Below the pieces are notes generated by a model. It did no database searches. It saw only the letters and a list, made by a program, of their open reading frames with translations, and had not been told where the DNA came from. Positions 36,384 to 37,428 of a DNA stretch of 37,428 bases are shown here, piece after piece; the first letter of the stretch is position 1; each line of letters starts with the position of its first letter. Source of the DNA: a virus (taxonomy: Duplodnaviria; Heunggongvirae; Uroviricota; Caudoviricetes). Location: IMG/VR virus record IMGVR_UViG_2651869749_000010, positions 1-37,428 of that record; one strand, 5' to 3'. Position numbers and translations under genes: made by a program.

Positions 36384-36426
36384 CACGACACTGCTTATTG
36401 CTTTGATTTTATTCTTATCTTTCCCA

Positions 36427-36513
36427 TGGTACCCGGAGCGGGACTTGAACCCGCACAGCGCGAACGCCGAGGGATTTTAAATCCCTTGTGTCTACCGATT
36501 CCACCATCCGGGC
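36427..36513 (-). tRNA. leuZ: tRNA-Leu (anticodon UAA)
   Basis: 87-nt reverse complement matches recalled E. coli leuZ tRNA including CCA end and anticodon loop. Confidence 0.85.
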
Positions 36514-36525
36514 TCGGGAAGAAAG

Positions 36526-36599
36526 TGGAGGCGCGTTCCGGAGTCGAACCGGACTAGACGGATTTGCAATCCGCTACATAACCGCTTTGTTAACGCGCC
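36526..36599 (-). tRNA. cysT: tRNA-Cys (anticodon GCA)
   Basis: 74-nt reverse complement matches recalled E. coli tRNA-Cys. Confidence 0.85.
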
Positions 36600-36652
36600 A
36601 AATTCTTCAGGCCTTTCAGCCAGACATCCGCTGACGCCGATGCCTTTTAAAC

Positions 36653-36728
<76 letters not shown>

Positions 36729-36879
36729 ATTCATCAAGCAATCAGTTAATCACTTGATTTTATTATCGTCTGGCAATCAGTGCCGCCGTTCGATGCGTTG
36801 CATTCTACTTACCTGGCGCGATGAGTCAACGATATTTTTCACCACTTTTGATCGTTTGCTGAAAATTGCGCCGAAACGA

Positions 36880-37428
36880 TCACTGATCAAGCAAATCTGC
36901 ACGCGCAGCGCTCAAATATTGCAACATTGACCACAGAGTCAGTACCGCAGCCACAAAGAAAAGTGCAATACCGGCGTACTCAACCCAAATGTTCGGACGC
37001 CACAGCAGCCAGGCTAACGCCACCATCTGGGCAGTGGTTTTCACTTTCCCAATCCAGGAGACAGCCACGCTACTGCGTTTACCCAACTCCGCCATCCATT
37101 CGCGTAGCGCAGAAATAATAATTTCACGGGCGATCATCGTTGCTGCCGGTAAGGTCACCCACCAGCTGTGGTAATGCTCGGTTACCAGCACCATGGCGAT
37201 AGCCACGAGAACTTTATCTGCGACAGGGTCAAGGAAAGCACCAAACCGGGTACTCTGATTCCAGCGGCGTGCCAGAAAACCATCGAACCAGTCAGTCACC
37301 GCCGCGACGCAGAAAATGAGCGCGGCGGCAAACGGCGACCAGGTGACAGGCAGATAAAAGACCAATACAAAGAATGGGATAAGGATGACACGGAACAGTG
37401 TAAGCAACGTAGGGATATTAAATTGCAT
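36880..37428 (-). CDS. pgsA: CDP-diacylglycerol--glycerol-3-phosphate 3-phosphatidyltransferase
   Basis: 182-aa ORF matching recalled E. coli PgsA over its full length; conserved synteny with the glyW-cysT-leuZ tRNA operon. Confidence 0.9.

Overview
The window is an almost complete P2-like (peduovirus-type) prophage lying next to a host glyW-cysT-leuZ-like tRNA operon and pgsA, so the host is enterobacterial and E. coli-like. All calls rest on reading the six-frame translations and the DNA by eye; no database search or computation was run. The prophage runs in P2 prophage order: integrase (1-1002, minus), an immunity region with an HTH repressor plus two extra lysogeny-side genes, early genes and a 940-aa rolling-circle replication protein (5028-7850), an accessory hotspot (7.85-10.9 kb), portal and large terminase (minus), then scaffold, capsid, small terminase, head completion, lysis cassette, baseplate and tail fibre (plus), tail genes, and D and ogr. 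The strongest candidate for an undescribed system is a tightly packed operon of small genes at 8331-9773, sitting where P2 carries tin/old, next to a truncated parM-like gene and with an 87-aa gene duplicated as a 281-bp direct repeat around a 136-aa gene. Other non-core content includes a NanS-like sialate O-acetylesterase in the lysis-tail junction, a Hin/Gin-type invertase with three alternative tail-fibre C-terminal cassettes, a tail sheath-to-U block inverted relative to P2 synteny, and a Hok/Gef-family toxin gene with a degenerate paralogous remnant near the right end. The cos site and attR could not be placed.
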